Positions 7,527 to 16,566 of a DNA stretch of 23,221 nucleotides are shown here, one piece after another. The DNA lies in contig CAZJVM010000026.1 of assembly GCA_964549305.1 (NCBI GenBank), forward strand, positions 1 to 23,221. The letters run 5' to 3'. Source of the stretch: an uncultured bacterium (GTDB lineage: Bacteria; Schekmanbacteria; GWA2-38-11; J061). The number at the start of each line of letters is the position of its first letter. Positions within the stretch are counted from its first letter, which is position 1. The notes beneath the pieces were generated by a model. The model ran no database searches. It was not told the origin of the DNA and saw nothing but the letters and a program-made list of their open reading frames with translations. The position numbers and the translations under genes were made by a program.

Positions 7527-8252
7527 TTGTATAAAGGAAAAAAAGTTTCAGTTATTCTTCCCACATATAATGAGAAGGATTCCATAAGGCAGGTTATCAA
7601 CGATTTCTTCGATACAGGTTATGTGGATGAGGTAATAGTTGTCAACAATAACGCTGCCGAAGGCACAGATGAGGAAGTAAATAAAACTCAGGCAAGACAG
7701 GTTTTTGAGAAGAATCAGGGATACGGGTACGCAACCCAAAGAGGACTTGAAGAAGCAGAGGGAGATTTGCTTGTAATATGCGAACCTGACGGAACATTTA
7801 TGGCGCACGATATAATAAAACTTCTCGCGTATTCTGAGGATTTCGATGTGGTTTTCGGCACAAGGACAACATCGAAGATGATTCTCGAGGGGGCGAATAT
7901 GGGTTTTTTTATGAGACTTGCCAACTGGGGTGTGGCAAAAATGATGGAAGGGATTTTCCTTACAAGCGCCCTTACGGATGTGGGATGTACTATGCGCCTT
8001 CTTTCAAGATGGGGTTATGAAACGATTAAAAATCAGTTTACCATAGGCGAATCTCATTTTGGTCCCGAATTGATGTGCCTTGTAATAATCAATAAAGTGA
8101 GTTTTATGGAAATTCCCGTAAAATACGCGCCGCGAGTAGGCGTATCTTCAGTTACGGGAGATAAAATTGTCGCTTTTTTTCTTGGCATGAGGATGATTTC
8201 ACTTATTCTCAAATACAGAATTAAAAGCCTTTTTTCCTTTAAAAAAAGATGA
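7527..8252 (+). CDS. Glycosyltransferase family 2, polyprenol-phosphate glycosyltransferase (DPM1/ArnC/GtrB-like)
   Basis: TTG start with AGGGAG RBS. SVILPTYNE, EVIVVNNN, NQGYGYA, DVVFGTR, LTDVGC and EIPVKYAPRVGVS (the Y-x2-R-x-G-x-S motif of DPM-like GT2s). Confidence 0.85.
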   Translation: MYKGKKVSVILPTYNEKDSIRQVINDFFDTGYVDEVIVVNNNAAEGTDEEVNKTQARQVFEKNQGYGYATQRGLEEAEGDLLVICEPDGTFMAHDIIKLLAYSEDFDVVFGTRTTSKMILEGANMGFFMRLANWGVAKMMEGIFLTSALTDVGCTMRLLSRWGYETIKNQFTIGESHFGPELMCLVIINKVSFMEIPVKYAPRVGVSSVTGDKIVAFFLGMRMISLILKYRIKSLFSFKKR

Positions 8253-8263
8253 CCTGTTAAGAT

Positions 8264-9358
8264 ATGCCTTTGTCCAACTGGTTTCATATAGCAAACAATT
8301 ACCTTTCCGGTAGAAATCCCGCTTATCTTATTTTTCAGATTACGTCGCGATGTAATTCGAGATGCCTTACGTGCTTTAACTGGAAAGGTATTGACGAAGA
8401 TAAAGGGGAATCCGATTTGACAATTGATGAAATTGGAAAAATTTCTGCGCGTTACGGACCTCTCCTTCAGTTGACAATCGGAGGAGGCGAACCATTTCTT
8501 CGCGATGATATTGACGAAATCTGCCGGCTTTTCAGCAGAAACAATTCCGTACAGCATATAACCATTCCAACTAATTGCCTGCTTCCCGAAAAAACGGCAT
8601 CAAAGGTGGAAAGCATTTTAACGGACTGTCCTCTTAATTATCTTCGCATAGGACTTTCTCTCGATGCCATCGGAGAAAAGCACGACAAAATAAGAGGTGT
8701 GCCCGGAAACTATGAAAAAGTTCTCGAAACATACAAAATGCTTCTTCCCCTGAAAAGGAAGTTTTCAAACTTGGGAATCGAAGTGTCTTCAGTTCTGTCT
8801 TCCCTTAACAGCAATTCTATGAAGGAAACAATTGATGCCGTGGAAAAGAATTTTCCTGAAATAGATAAGCACGCAGTCGTTATTGCGAGGGGTGACGCGA
8901 GAAATCCGGACACGAAAGATGTTAGCGCCGAAAAATACCTCGAAACGATTAACTACCTCTATGGAAAAGATAAGGGTGCTGATAAGGGAGGCAAATTAAT
9001 TCCTTCCTTTTTTAAATCCGTTTTCAAGGTGAATACTGAGATAGTCTATAAAAATATCAGGGGAGACAAATGGCCTATCCCCTGTCTTGCCGGGAAAAAA
9101 CTCATTATTATCAAGTCTGACGGAGATGTTTCCCCCTGTGAAATACTCGATGAGAATTTCGGCAACCTGCGCGATGCGCAGTACCGTATGGACAGAATTC
9201 TCGATACCGAAAAAGCGAGGCAGGTTTTGAAGGAGATTAAAGATACAAAGTGCAGTTGCACATTTGAATGTGCCGTACACGCAAGTCTCATTTTTAATAT
9301 TTGGAATTACCCCCGGTTGTTGGGAAAGATGAATAAAGAAGATATAGTTGAAAAGTAG
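8264..9358 (+). CDS. Radical SAM protein with C-terminal SPASM/twitch-like Cys domain
   Basis: ITSRCNSRCLTC (CxxxCxxC), GGGEPFLRDD, SLDAIGEKHDKIRG and C-terminal CLAGKK...DGDVSPCE...FGNL...CSCTFEC. Confidence 0.88.
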   Translation: MPLSNWFHIANNYLSGRNPAYLIFQITSRCNSRCLTCFNWKGIDEDKGESDLTIDEIGKISARYGPLLQLTIGGGEPFLRDDIDEICRLFSRNNSVQHITIPTNCLLPEKTASKVESILTDCPLNYLRIGLSLDAIGEKHDKIRGVPGNYEKVLETYKMLLPLKRKFSNLGIEVSSVLSSLNSNSMKETIDAVEKNFPEIDKHAVVIARGDARNPDTKDVSAEKYLETINYLYGKDKGADKGGKLIPSFFKSVFKVNTEIVYKNIRGDKWPIPCLAGKKLIIIKSDGDVSPCEILDENFGNLRDAQYRMDRILDTEKARQVLKEIKDTKCSCTFECAVHASLIFNIWNYPRLLGKMNKEDIVEK

Positions 9359-9393
9359 TTTTCACGGATGCGAAAAGTGAGTATTAAAATAAA

Positions 9394-10380
9394 ATGGCAA
9401 AAGCATTTGTTACAGGTTCGGCAGGTTTTATAGGAAGGCATTTTCTCGGTCAGAGCGAATTGAAGAAAAGATATTCCTCTGTTGTCTGTCCCGTAAAAGA
9501 CCCGGAGGCGATGAAACAGTTTTTCCCCGATGAGAAAATTGTTTTTTTTAAATCGGATATTTCCCACAGGGACTCTTTTGATTCAATGATAGAGGGTTGT
9601 GAAGCGGTTTTTCATTTTGCCGCAAAGGCGCTTTCGAAAAATGAGCGGGATGTAATCGGGTCGAACAGGACGGGGACGAAGAACATTGTCAGTGCGGCAG
9701 TGAAGTCGGGAACCGTAAAAAAGATTGTTTATTTAAGCACCATATGGGCAGTTGACAGGCGAGGGGGCGATGATTTCAGCCATCCCCTCGATGAAAAATC
9801 CGAACCGTTTCCGCGCAGTGTATACGGAAAAACGAAACTCGAAGGGGAAAACTTCATCAAAGATTCCGGAATACCATATGTCATTTTGAGACTTCCTCCC
9901 GTTTACGGTCCCGGAAGCAATCCCGATTATTTTGTTATGAAGTTCATCAGCGGTATCGAAAAGGGGAGTTTTATTTACAAATTTCCCTATCCAGGCACTG
10001 TAAGTCTTGCCTATGTGAAAGATGTCGCCAATGCCTGCCTGATTGCGGCAGATAATTCTTCGCTTGATTTTAAAACTCTTTTTTTCTCCACCGGCGCGCC
10101 CGTAAAGGTATATAATATTGAAGAAAAAATAATGGAACTGTTAAAAATAGAAAAAAAGCGAAGCAGTCTGCAGGTTTTTTCAGCAGATATGCTTAAAACA
10201 ATTTTTTCTTCCTTTTTGGGGAGAATTATTGTGCCCGTAAAGGCAAGGACTCTTTTTACGGACTATCTTGTCTGCGATTCGGGCGAGTTTGAGAGATTGT
10301 CGGGGTATAAGCCCAAAATATCTCTTAAGGAGGGACTTACAGAAACGATAGAGTGGTACAGGGAAAAAATGCCCAATTAA
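9394..10380 (+). CDS. NAD-dependent epimerase/dehydratase (extended SDR)
   Basis: VTGSAGFIG, VFHFAA, YGKTK (YxxxK), LRLPPVYGPG, YVKDVA and LKEGLTETIEWY. Confidence 0.88.
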   Translation: MAKAFVTGSAGFIGRHFLGQSELKKRYSSVVCPVKDPEAMKQFFPDEKIVFFKSDISHRDSFDSMIEGCEAVFHFAAKALSKNERDVIGSNRTGTKNIVSAAVKSGTVKKIVYLSTIWAVDRRGGDDFSHPLDEKSEPFPRSVYGKTKLEGENFIKDSGIPYVILRLPPVYGPGSNPDYFVMKFISGIEKGSFIYKFPYPGTVSLAYVKDVANACLIAADNSSLDFKTLFFSTGAPVKVYNIEEKIMELLKIEKKRSSLQVFSADMLKTIFSSFLGRIIVPVKARTLFTDYLVCDSGEFERLSGYKPKISLKEGLTETIEWYREKMPN

Positions 10381-10398
10381 AACAATTGAATTACAGAT

Positions 10399-11082
10399 AT
10401 GCAGGAAAAAGAAATAACGGAAAAAGGCAGTATATTTGACGGACTTTTCACTCCCGAAGAGATAAAAAGAAGAAAGGGATTGTGGAGAGTTCTGTGCGAT
10501 GATTACTTCAGTAAATTTATTTCAGATACCGATACGGTTGTGGATTTAGGCGCGGGATATTGTGAATTCATCAATAATATCTCCTGCGGGGAAAAAATTG
10601 CCGTTGATTTAAACAGTCATCCTCAAAAATTCGCGAATAATGATGTGGAAGTAATTATTTCACCTGCGGCATCGATATCCAAACTTTCCAATGAATGCGC
10701 TAATGTGGTTTTTACGAGCAATTTCTGGGAGCATATGAAAGACCGTGACGAGATGAAAAATGTGTTGAGAGAAGTACGCAGAATACTCAAACCGCAGGGG
10801 AAACTCATCATTCTTCAGCCCAACATTCGTTACTGCTACAATCTCTACTGGGATTTTTTTGATCATATTATTCCTCTTAGCCATAAAAGCATGGAAGAAG
10901 TCCTTGTCTTTATGGGATTCAAGATTAACCTTCTCAAACCGAAGTTTCTTCCCTACAGCACAAAATCAAGACTGCCTCAAAACGCATTGCTTGTAAAAAT
11001 TTATTTAAAAGTTTCCTTTCTTCATTATTTACTGGGAAAACAAATGATTGTCGTAGCTGAAAAAAAAGAGGGGCACTATTAG
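10399..11082 (+). CDS. Class I SAM-dependent methyltransferase
   Basis: VVDLGAGYC (motif I), SNFWEHM and RILKPQGKLIILQPN. Confidence 0.88.
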   Translation: MQEKEITEKGSIFDGLFTPEEIKRRKGLWRVLCDDYFSKFISDTDTVVDLGAGYCEFINNISCGEKIAVDLNSHPQKFANNDVEVIISPAASISKLSNECANVVFTSNFWEHMKDRDEMKNVLREVRRILKPQGKLIILQPNIRYCYNLYWDFFDHIIPLSHKSMEEVLVFMGFKINLLKPKFLPYSTKSRLPQNALLVKIYLKVSFLHYLLGKQMIVVAEKKEGHY

Positions 11083-11097
11083 CTCCGAAGGAATTAA

Positions 11098-12600
11098 ATG
11101 AAGGCACTGTTTATATCAAAAGGTCAGGAAACTCTTGCAATAGAGTATCTTTCAGGTGCGCTTAAGTCTGCAGGTCACAAGGTTGAACTTCTCTTTGACC
11201 CCGGCATTGATGACAATATGGGGTTCTGGGATATATCGCTTCTTAGAAAAATTAACCCCGACAATCTTTTCAGAGAGGAGATAGCCCGCTACAAACCGGA
11301 TCTTGTGGCTCTTTCCTGCCCTCTCAATATGTTTCCCTTTGTGAGGAAATCCGCAGCGCTCGTAAAAAGCGTTGCCGACATACCTGTGATTGTGGGAGGA
11401 GGACATCCGACGATTGCGCCCGAATATGTTCTTTCCGATGAGAATATCGATATGATTTGCCTCGGAGAAGGCGAAGAGCCGTTAGTTGAGCTTGCCGAGA
11501 GAATAGAAAGGGGCAAAAATTATACAGATGTAAAAAATCTTTGGGTTAAGACTCCCGGCGGAATAGCAAAAAATCCCATACGCCCTCTTTTGGAGGACCT
11601 CGATTCACTTCCCTTTCCAGACAGGGAGATTTTTTACAGGTATAACTGCTTTTCGGGAAACCTTTATTTCGTGGCGGGCAGGGGATGCCCCTTTAATTGT
11701 ACCTATTGCTGTCAGCATTCCTTTCAGAAAATATACGAAGGGCTTGGTAAATATGTGCGTCTGAGAAGCGTTGACAATGTAATATCAGAGCTAAAAGAAG
11801 CCCTGAAAATCTATCCCGCAAAACACATCCATTCAGAAGACGACACATTCGCCTTCGAGCGGGATTGGACAAATGATTTTTGCAGGGAATATAAAAAGCA
11901 TATTGGAGTGCCTTTCTACTGTCATGTAAGACCAGGCACCTTGAACGAAGATATCCTCAACAGACTCGCCGATGCGGGATGTGTAGGAGTTTTTTTCGGC
12001 GTGGACTGCGGTGACGAGGCGATGCGCGGACAAATCCTCAAGAGAAAAATGAAAAATGAGGTGATAATCGAACAGGCAAAACTCGTAAAGAAGGCGGGAA
12101 TAAAAATCTCCTGTTCATCAATGTTCTGTATGCCCGGAGAAACGCCCGAGCAGATGCAGATGACCTTTGATATGATTAAGGAAATAGGAAGCGATTTTGC
12201 CTATGCCACAATCTATTATCCTTTTTATGGCACCGAGTTGTTCGAATATGCCCATAAGAACGGTTATCTTGACGATGAAACGGTCGCCCTCATAAAGGAC
12301 GGAGGAGGGTCTCTTTACGGCGCGCCTCTCATTAAAAGCGATTACAAGGATACGGCGCTTCTCATAAAGAATGTCCTGCCTCCCTATATGAGGTTTAAAA
12401 AACTTAGATTTCTCTTCGACTACATTTTGAAAAACAGGATTTGCTCCGCGGGAAAACTGATCAACCTTTTCCTTACACCTTTTTCCTATGGCATTCTCGG
12501 CAAGCTTAAAAGGCGCGAAATGCTGAGAGTTTTCCTGAGGTTTCTCGCCTATAAATTCAAGTTTATTCCTTTAAAGAAACTTGCCGGAGGAGAAGAATAA
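11098..12600 (+). CDS. B12-binding domain radical SAM protein (tandem paralog A)
   Basis: LAIEYLSGALK, IVGGGHPT, GEGE, DLDSLPFPDR, GRGCPFNCTYCC and RSVDNVISE. Confidence 0.92.
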   Translation: MKALFISKGQETLAIEYLSGALKSAGHKVELLFDPGIDDNMGFWDISLLRKINPDNLFREEIARYKPDLVALSCPLNMFPFVRKSAALVKSVADIPVIVGGGHPTIAPEYVLSDENIDMICLGEGEEPLVELAERIERGKNYTDVKNLWVKTPGGIAKNPIRPLLEDLDSLPFPDREIFYRYNCFSGNLYFVAGRGCPFNCTYCCQHSFQKIYEGLGKYVRLRSVDNVISELKEALKIYPAKHIHSEDDTFAFERDWTNDFCREYKKHIGVPFYCHVRPGTLNEDILNRLADAGCVGVFFGVDCGDEAMRGQILKRKMKNEVIIEQAKLVKKAGIKISCSSMFCMPGETPEQMQMTFDMIKEIGSDFAYATIYYPFYGTELFEYAHKNGYLDDETVALIKDGGGSLYGAPLIKSDYKDTALLIKNVLPPYMRFKKLRFLFDYILKNRICSAGKLINLFLTPFSYGILGKLKRREMLRVFLRFLAYKFKFIPLKKLAGGEE

Positions 12601-12603
12601 TCG

Positions 12604-14088
12604 ATGAAGGTCCTTTTTTTTGCCGTAGGCCAGGAACTTCTCGGAATCGAGTATCTCTCTGCGGCGCTTAAAAGAAAAGGGCATCAGGTCGAACTTGCAT
12701 TTGACCCGGGGCTTGATAATTTTCTCGGATTTATCGATGTTGGCGCACTTAAAAAACTTACCGATGAAAAATGGTATCTTCACAAAATAAGATCTTTCAA
12801 ACCCGATATAATCGGATTCAGCTGTCTTACAAACCTTTATTCGTTTGCAAACGAAAAAGCGAAAAACATTAAAGAACATTTTGATATTCCGGTAATAATA
12901 GGCGGAATACATCCCACAATACTTCCTGAATATGTAATGGAAAACGAAAACTTCGATATGCTCTGCATAGGAGAGGCAGACGAGGCGTTTCCCGAGCTTC
13001 TGGAGAAGATGGAGAAAGGCGAAGACTATTACGATACGAAAAACTTCTGGTTTAGAAAAAACGGAGATATAGTCAAAAATGAAATAAGACCGCTGATTCA
13101 GGACCTCGATTCCCTGCCCTTTGCCGATAGAGAACTTTTTTATGACTACGGTTGTTTTACGGGCACTTTGTATTTCATTTCAGGCAGGGGCTGTCCCTTT
13201 TCCTGCAGTTACTGCTGTCACCATTTTCTCCAGAAAAAATACAGGGGGCTGGGAAAATATGTGAGAAAGAGGAGCGTTGACAATCTTCTCGATGAGATAA
13301 AACCCTGTCTTGAAAAATATAAGGTAACTTCCCTTTATTCCATGGATGACCTTTTTACCATCAATACGGAGTGGATACAGGAATTCAGCGACAAATACAG
13401 AAGAATTTCGCAAATCCCTATTTACTGCCATGTGAGGCCCGGCACTCTTAACAGGGAAATCGCGTCGGCGCTCGCAGAGGCTAACTGCACATCCGTTTTT
13501 TACGGAATAGATTCGGGAAGCCCTTTTATTCGTTCGGGGGTTATGAACAGAAAAATAAAGGATGAGGATATCGTATCCAATGCGGAGCTTTTAAGGGAAT
13601 ACGGAATAAAGATAACCGCATCGGGTATTTTCTGCCTTCCCGACGAAACGGAAGAGCAAATGCTCGAAACAGTGGAAATTATGAGAAGAATTAAAGCCGA
13701 TTATTTTTATACATACATTTATTATCCTTTTCCCAATACGGAATCCTTTAACTACTGCGTGGAAAAGGGGCTTCTTGATGAGGAGACAATCGAAAAAGTA
13801 AAAAACGGCGAAGGCTCTTTTCATAAGAAACCTCTGATTAAGTCGCAAAATTCCGGGTTCGCGCAGGTTTTGAAAAATATTGCCCCTCTTTATGTAAAAT
13901 TCCCTTTCCTTTCACCCCTTATAAAATTTATTATGAACAGACGCCTCATTAAATTGAGTGAAATACTTTTTTTCCTTACCGCGCCCTTTACATATGCGCA
14001 TTTCGGGAGGGAAAAGATGAAAGAATTTCTTTCTCTAATGAAGATGGCATTGCTTACAAGATTTAAAAAGAAGAGAGGCGAAAAATAA
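12604..14088 (+). CDS. B12-binding domain radical SAM protein (tandem paralog B)
   Basis: LGIEYLSAALK, IIGGIHPT, GEAD, DLDSLPFADR and GRGCPFSCSYCC. Starts 3 nt after paralog A. Confidence 0.92.
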   Translation: MKVLFFAVGQELLGIEYLSAALKRKGHQVELAFDPGLDNFLGFIDVGALKKLTDEKWYLHKIRSFKPDIIGFSCLTNLYSFANEKAKNIKEHFDIPVIIGGIHPTILPEYVMENENFDMLCIGEADEAFPELLEKMEKGEDYYDTKNFWFRKNGDIVKNEIRPLIQDLDSLPFADRELFYDYGCFTGTLYFISGRGCPFSCSYCCHHFLQKKYRGLGKYVRKRSVDNLLDEIKPCLEKYKVTSLYSMDDLFTINTEWIQEFSDKYRRISQIPIYCHVRPGTLNREIASALAEANCTSVFYGIDSGSPFIRSGVMNRKIKDEDIVSNAELLREYGIKITASGIFCLPDETEEQMLETVEIMRRIKADYFYTYIYYPFPNTESFNYCVEKGLLDEETIEKVKNGEGSFHKKPLIKSQNSGFAQVLKNIAPLYVKFPFLSPLIKFIMNRRLIKLSEILFFLTAPFTYAHFGREKMKEFLSLMKMALLTRFKKKRGEK

Positions 14089-14089
14089 A

Positions 14090-14581
14090 ATGGAAGATCA
14101 ATTATCCTACGCGAACAGACTGAAATTCGATTTTCTTAAGTCTTATCTGAAAAAGGAAGTCCGCATAATAGATTTGGGATGCGGTACGATGTGGTTGACG
14201 GAATATCTTAGAGGATTAGGATATGACTGTACCGCCTTTGACAGCGAACCTCCGGCAGATATCGTGGGCAATATAAAGACTTATGAGTTTGAGGAGTCTT
14301 CCTATGATACGGCAATTGCCCTTGAGATGATAGAGCATGTGGATTGCATTGCCGAGATAAGGCATCTTCTGAAACCGGGAGGATTGCTTCTTGTGACAAC
14401 CCCCGTGCCTCATTTTGATTTTGTCTGCAAGATGCTTGAATGTCTTTCGATTTCGCAGAAGAGGACTTCTCCCCATTCAAATCTTGTGTATCTCGAAGAT
14501 ATCCCGATGAAGCTTGTTGAAAAAAAAGTGCTCTTCGGTCTTTGTCAGTGCGGTGTTTTTAAAAATGAAGATAAAGGTTGA
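14090..14581 (+). CDS. Small class I SAM-dependent methyltransferase
   Basis: IIDLGCGT, ALEMIEHV and LLKPGGLLLVTTP. Starts 1 nt after the upstream stop. Confidence 0.85.
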   Translation: MEDQLSYANRLKFDFLKSYLKKEVRIIDLGCGTMWLTEYLRGLGYDCTAFDSEPPADIVGNIKTYEFEESSYDTAIALEMIEHVDCIAEIRHLLKPGGLLLVTTPVPHFDFVCKMLECLSISQKRTSPHSNLVYLEDIPMKLVEKKVLFGLCQCGVFKNEDKG

Positions 14582-14664
14582 ATGTGCTCAATCTGATGAT
14601 ATGATTTTCCTGTCGGTATTTCTTTGCAAAAATAACATTCTGTCTGCAAAAAAGTGAGAATTTA

Positions 14665-16551
14665 TTGGCTCCCGATAAAATAAACTTAAAAAGTTTTTTT
14701 TTGCTTGCGGCATTGGCATTCAACTCCCTTCTTTTAAATACATACAGGTTCGATTACAACATACTTACATCGTGGTTAAGAAAAGAGAATAATCCGGAAC
14801 TTTTCAGGAACGATTTTTTTATAAATACCGTAAGCAAAGTCGAAATAAGCTGGTTTTATGAAATCGTAAAAAAAATATCCGCTTACATTGATATTCCAAT
14901 ACTCTTTTTTTCCATACATATTCTTTCACTTTTCCTGATGTGCCTTTTCCTTTTCAGGATTGCCGCTTTTTTAACCGGAAACAGAGTTGCCGCCTATGCC
15001 TCAGTGCTTATGTTTTCAATGGGTATAAGGCAATGGGTCGCGGGCGCACCTCAGATATACTATTTTTTTGTTCATCACAGCGCGTTTTCGCTTCCTTTTT
15101 TTCTGCTCATAATCGCGCTCTTTTTCAAAGAGCGGTATATCCTCAGTTTTTTTCTGCTGGGATTGATGGCAAACTTTCACTTGATGTTCGTAATTTATGT
15201 GCTTGTGGCGTTATCGATTCCCTTTTTGTTTTCCCTTTACGACAGAAGGTTATCTTTAAAAAACGCCGGAATCTGCATAGTGGCATTTATCATTTCCGCA
15301 ATTCCTTCTATTTATCACGCTCTTCAGTTCAGCGGACAGTTTGTTGTTACGGATGAATGGTTTAAAGTCGTAAAATGGACTGTATGGATACATATTCTTC
15401 CAAGCAAGTGGGATATATCGATAATCAGGAATTTTATAGTTTACATACTTTGTTTTGCCACGGCATTCAGAGTCTATCCAAAGAGCGTTTTTAAAAAAAA
15501 TCTTATAGGGATGTTTTCGGCAATAGCAATTTTTTGCGCCGCAGGCACATTCTTCGTGGAGATTTATCCGATTTCAATATTTACCCAACTGCAGGTGTGG
15601 CGAAGCACCTGGATATTCTTTATTTTAAGCATTCCGGTCTTTGCCAATTTCATTTACCTTACCTGGGGAAAAACTCTTCTCTCCCGCTTTGCGGCAATTT
15701 CCACGCTTCTTGTATATGCAGGTTATGTTTCCGTGGACTTTAACGACCCAAGATGCTTTTATGAAACCCCTTTCTGGATGCTTCCCTGTTTTATGCTTTT
15801 GTGCATTACGGCAGGGAATTTTAATATTACACCGTTTTTTAAAAAAATATCTTCTCTTTTTATCCTTATTTTTTCATCAGTAGTTATGGTCCAGACATTA
15901 TTGCCCCGTTTCGAAGGAAGTTTTTTCGATATAGGCGGAAAACGATTGTCCATCCTATTTCTTGCCTTCCTCGTTTCTCTGCTCTTTTCATCTAACTTTG
16001 TGCGCAGTATGAATGTACGGGGAAAGAGCGCGGTTGCCCTTTGTTCTATGATATTGGTTTTCGCTTTTGTCGTTAATTTGAGGCAGGGACCCTATTTTCC
16101 CCTGAAAGGTTATGAGGAAGAGAGAAGGACGGACTGGATTGACCTTCAGTTTTTTGTGCGCGATAACACTTCTAAGGATGCGCTTTTTATTGTGCCACCC
16201 TATCTTGCGTATCCCGATTTCCGCTTTTATTCGCAACGGGCGAGTTTCGGAGACTGGGTTGACGGCGGGTTTGCCATTTATCTGGGAAGCGAATTTGCGC
16301 GGGAATGGTCAAAAAGGATGAAGGCAACCGGACTCGATCTGAAGGAGATTTATGATGACAGTTTCGCTCACGAAAAAAGGCAGTATCAATCATTGAATTC
16401 CGACGAAATTATGGAAACGGCTATAAAATATAATGTACAGTATTTCGTGGCACAGGGGGAAAAAGAGCTTCCTTTTGTAAAGGCCTACGAAAACGATACA
16501 TTCACTCTTTATGAATTGCCGAAAGGCGCAGACCATAAAACAGGAAAATAG
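14665..16551 (+). CDS. Polytopic membrane protein, putative GT-C-type glycosyltransferase (DUF6798-like, tentative)
   Basis: More than 10 hydrophobic segments, with an NPELFRNDFF loop after the first TM. Soluble C-terminal tail WIDLQFFVRDNTSKDALFIVPP...FRFYSQRA...KYNVQYFV...YENDTFTLYEL, the tail type seen in GT-C-like proteins. The TTG start is uncertain. Confidence 0.6.
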   Translation: MAPDKINLKSFFLLAALAFNSLLLNTYRFDYNILTSWLRKENNPELFRNDFFINTVSKVEISWFYEIVKKISAYIDIPILFFSIHILSLFLMCLFLFRIAAFLTGNRVAAYASVLMFSMGIRQWVAGAPQIYYFFVHHSAFSLPFFLLIIALFFKERYILSFFLLGLMANFHLMFVIYVLVALSIPFLFSLYDRRLSLKNAGICIVAFIISAIPSIYHALQFSGQFVVTDEWFKVVKWTVWIHILPSKWDISIIRNFIVYILCFATAFRVYPKSVFKKNLIGMFSAIAIFCAAGTFFVEIYPISIFTQLQVWRSTWIFFILSIPVFANFIYLTWGKTLLSRFAAISTLLVYAGYVSVDFNDPRCFYETPFWMLPCFMLLCITAGNFNITPFFKKISSLFILIFSSVVMVQTLLPRFEGSFFDIGGKRLSILFLAFLVSLLFSSNFVRSMNVRGKSAVALCSMILVFAFVVNLRQGPYFPLKGYEEERRTDWIDLQFFVRDNTSKDALFIVPPYLAYPDFRFYSQRASFGDWVDGGFAIYLGSEFAREWSKRMKATGLDLKEIYDDSFAHEKRQYQSLNSDEIMETAIKYNVQYFVAQGEKELPFVKAYENDTFTLYELPKGADHKTGK

Positions 16552-16566
16552 AGAAATCCGCTCTTT

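Noticed and set aside
14611-14628. TGTCGGTA half-site resembling the enhancer repeat, upstream of the membrane protein gene
   Set aside because: It is a single half-site without the ACA arm at the right spacing, and there is no downstream sigma-54 box.
14090-14664. Possible truncation or TGA readthrough of the short 163-aa methyltransferase
   Set aside because: The core motifs and a terminal beta-strand-like segment are present, and I saw no methyltransferase-like continuation or SECIS-like hairpin downstream.
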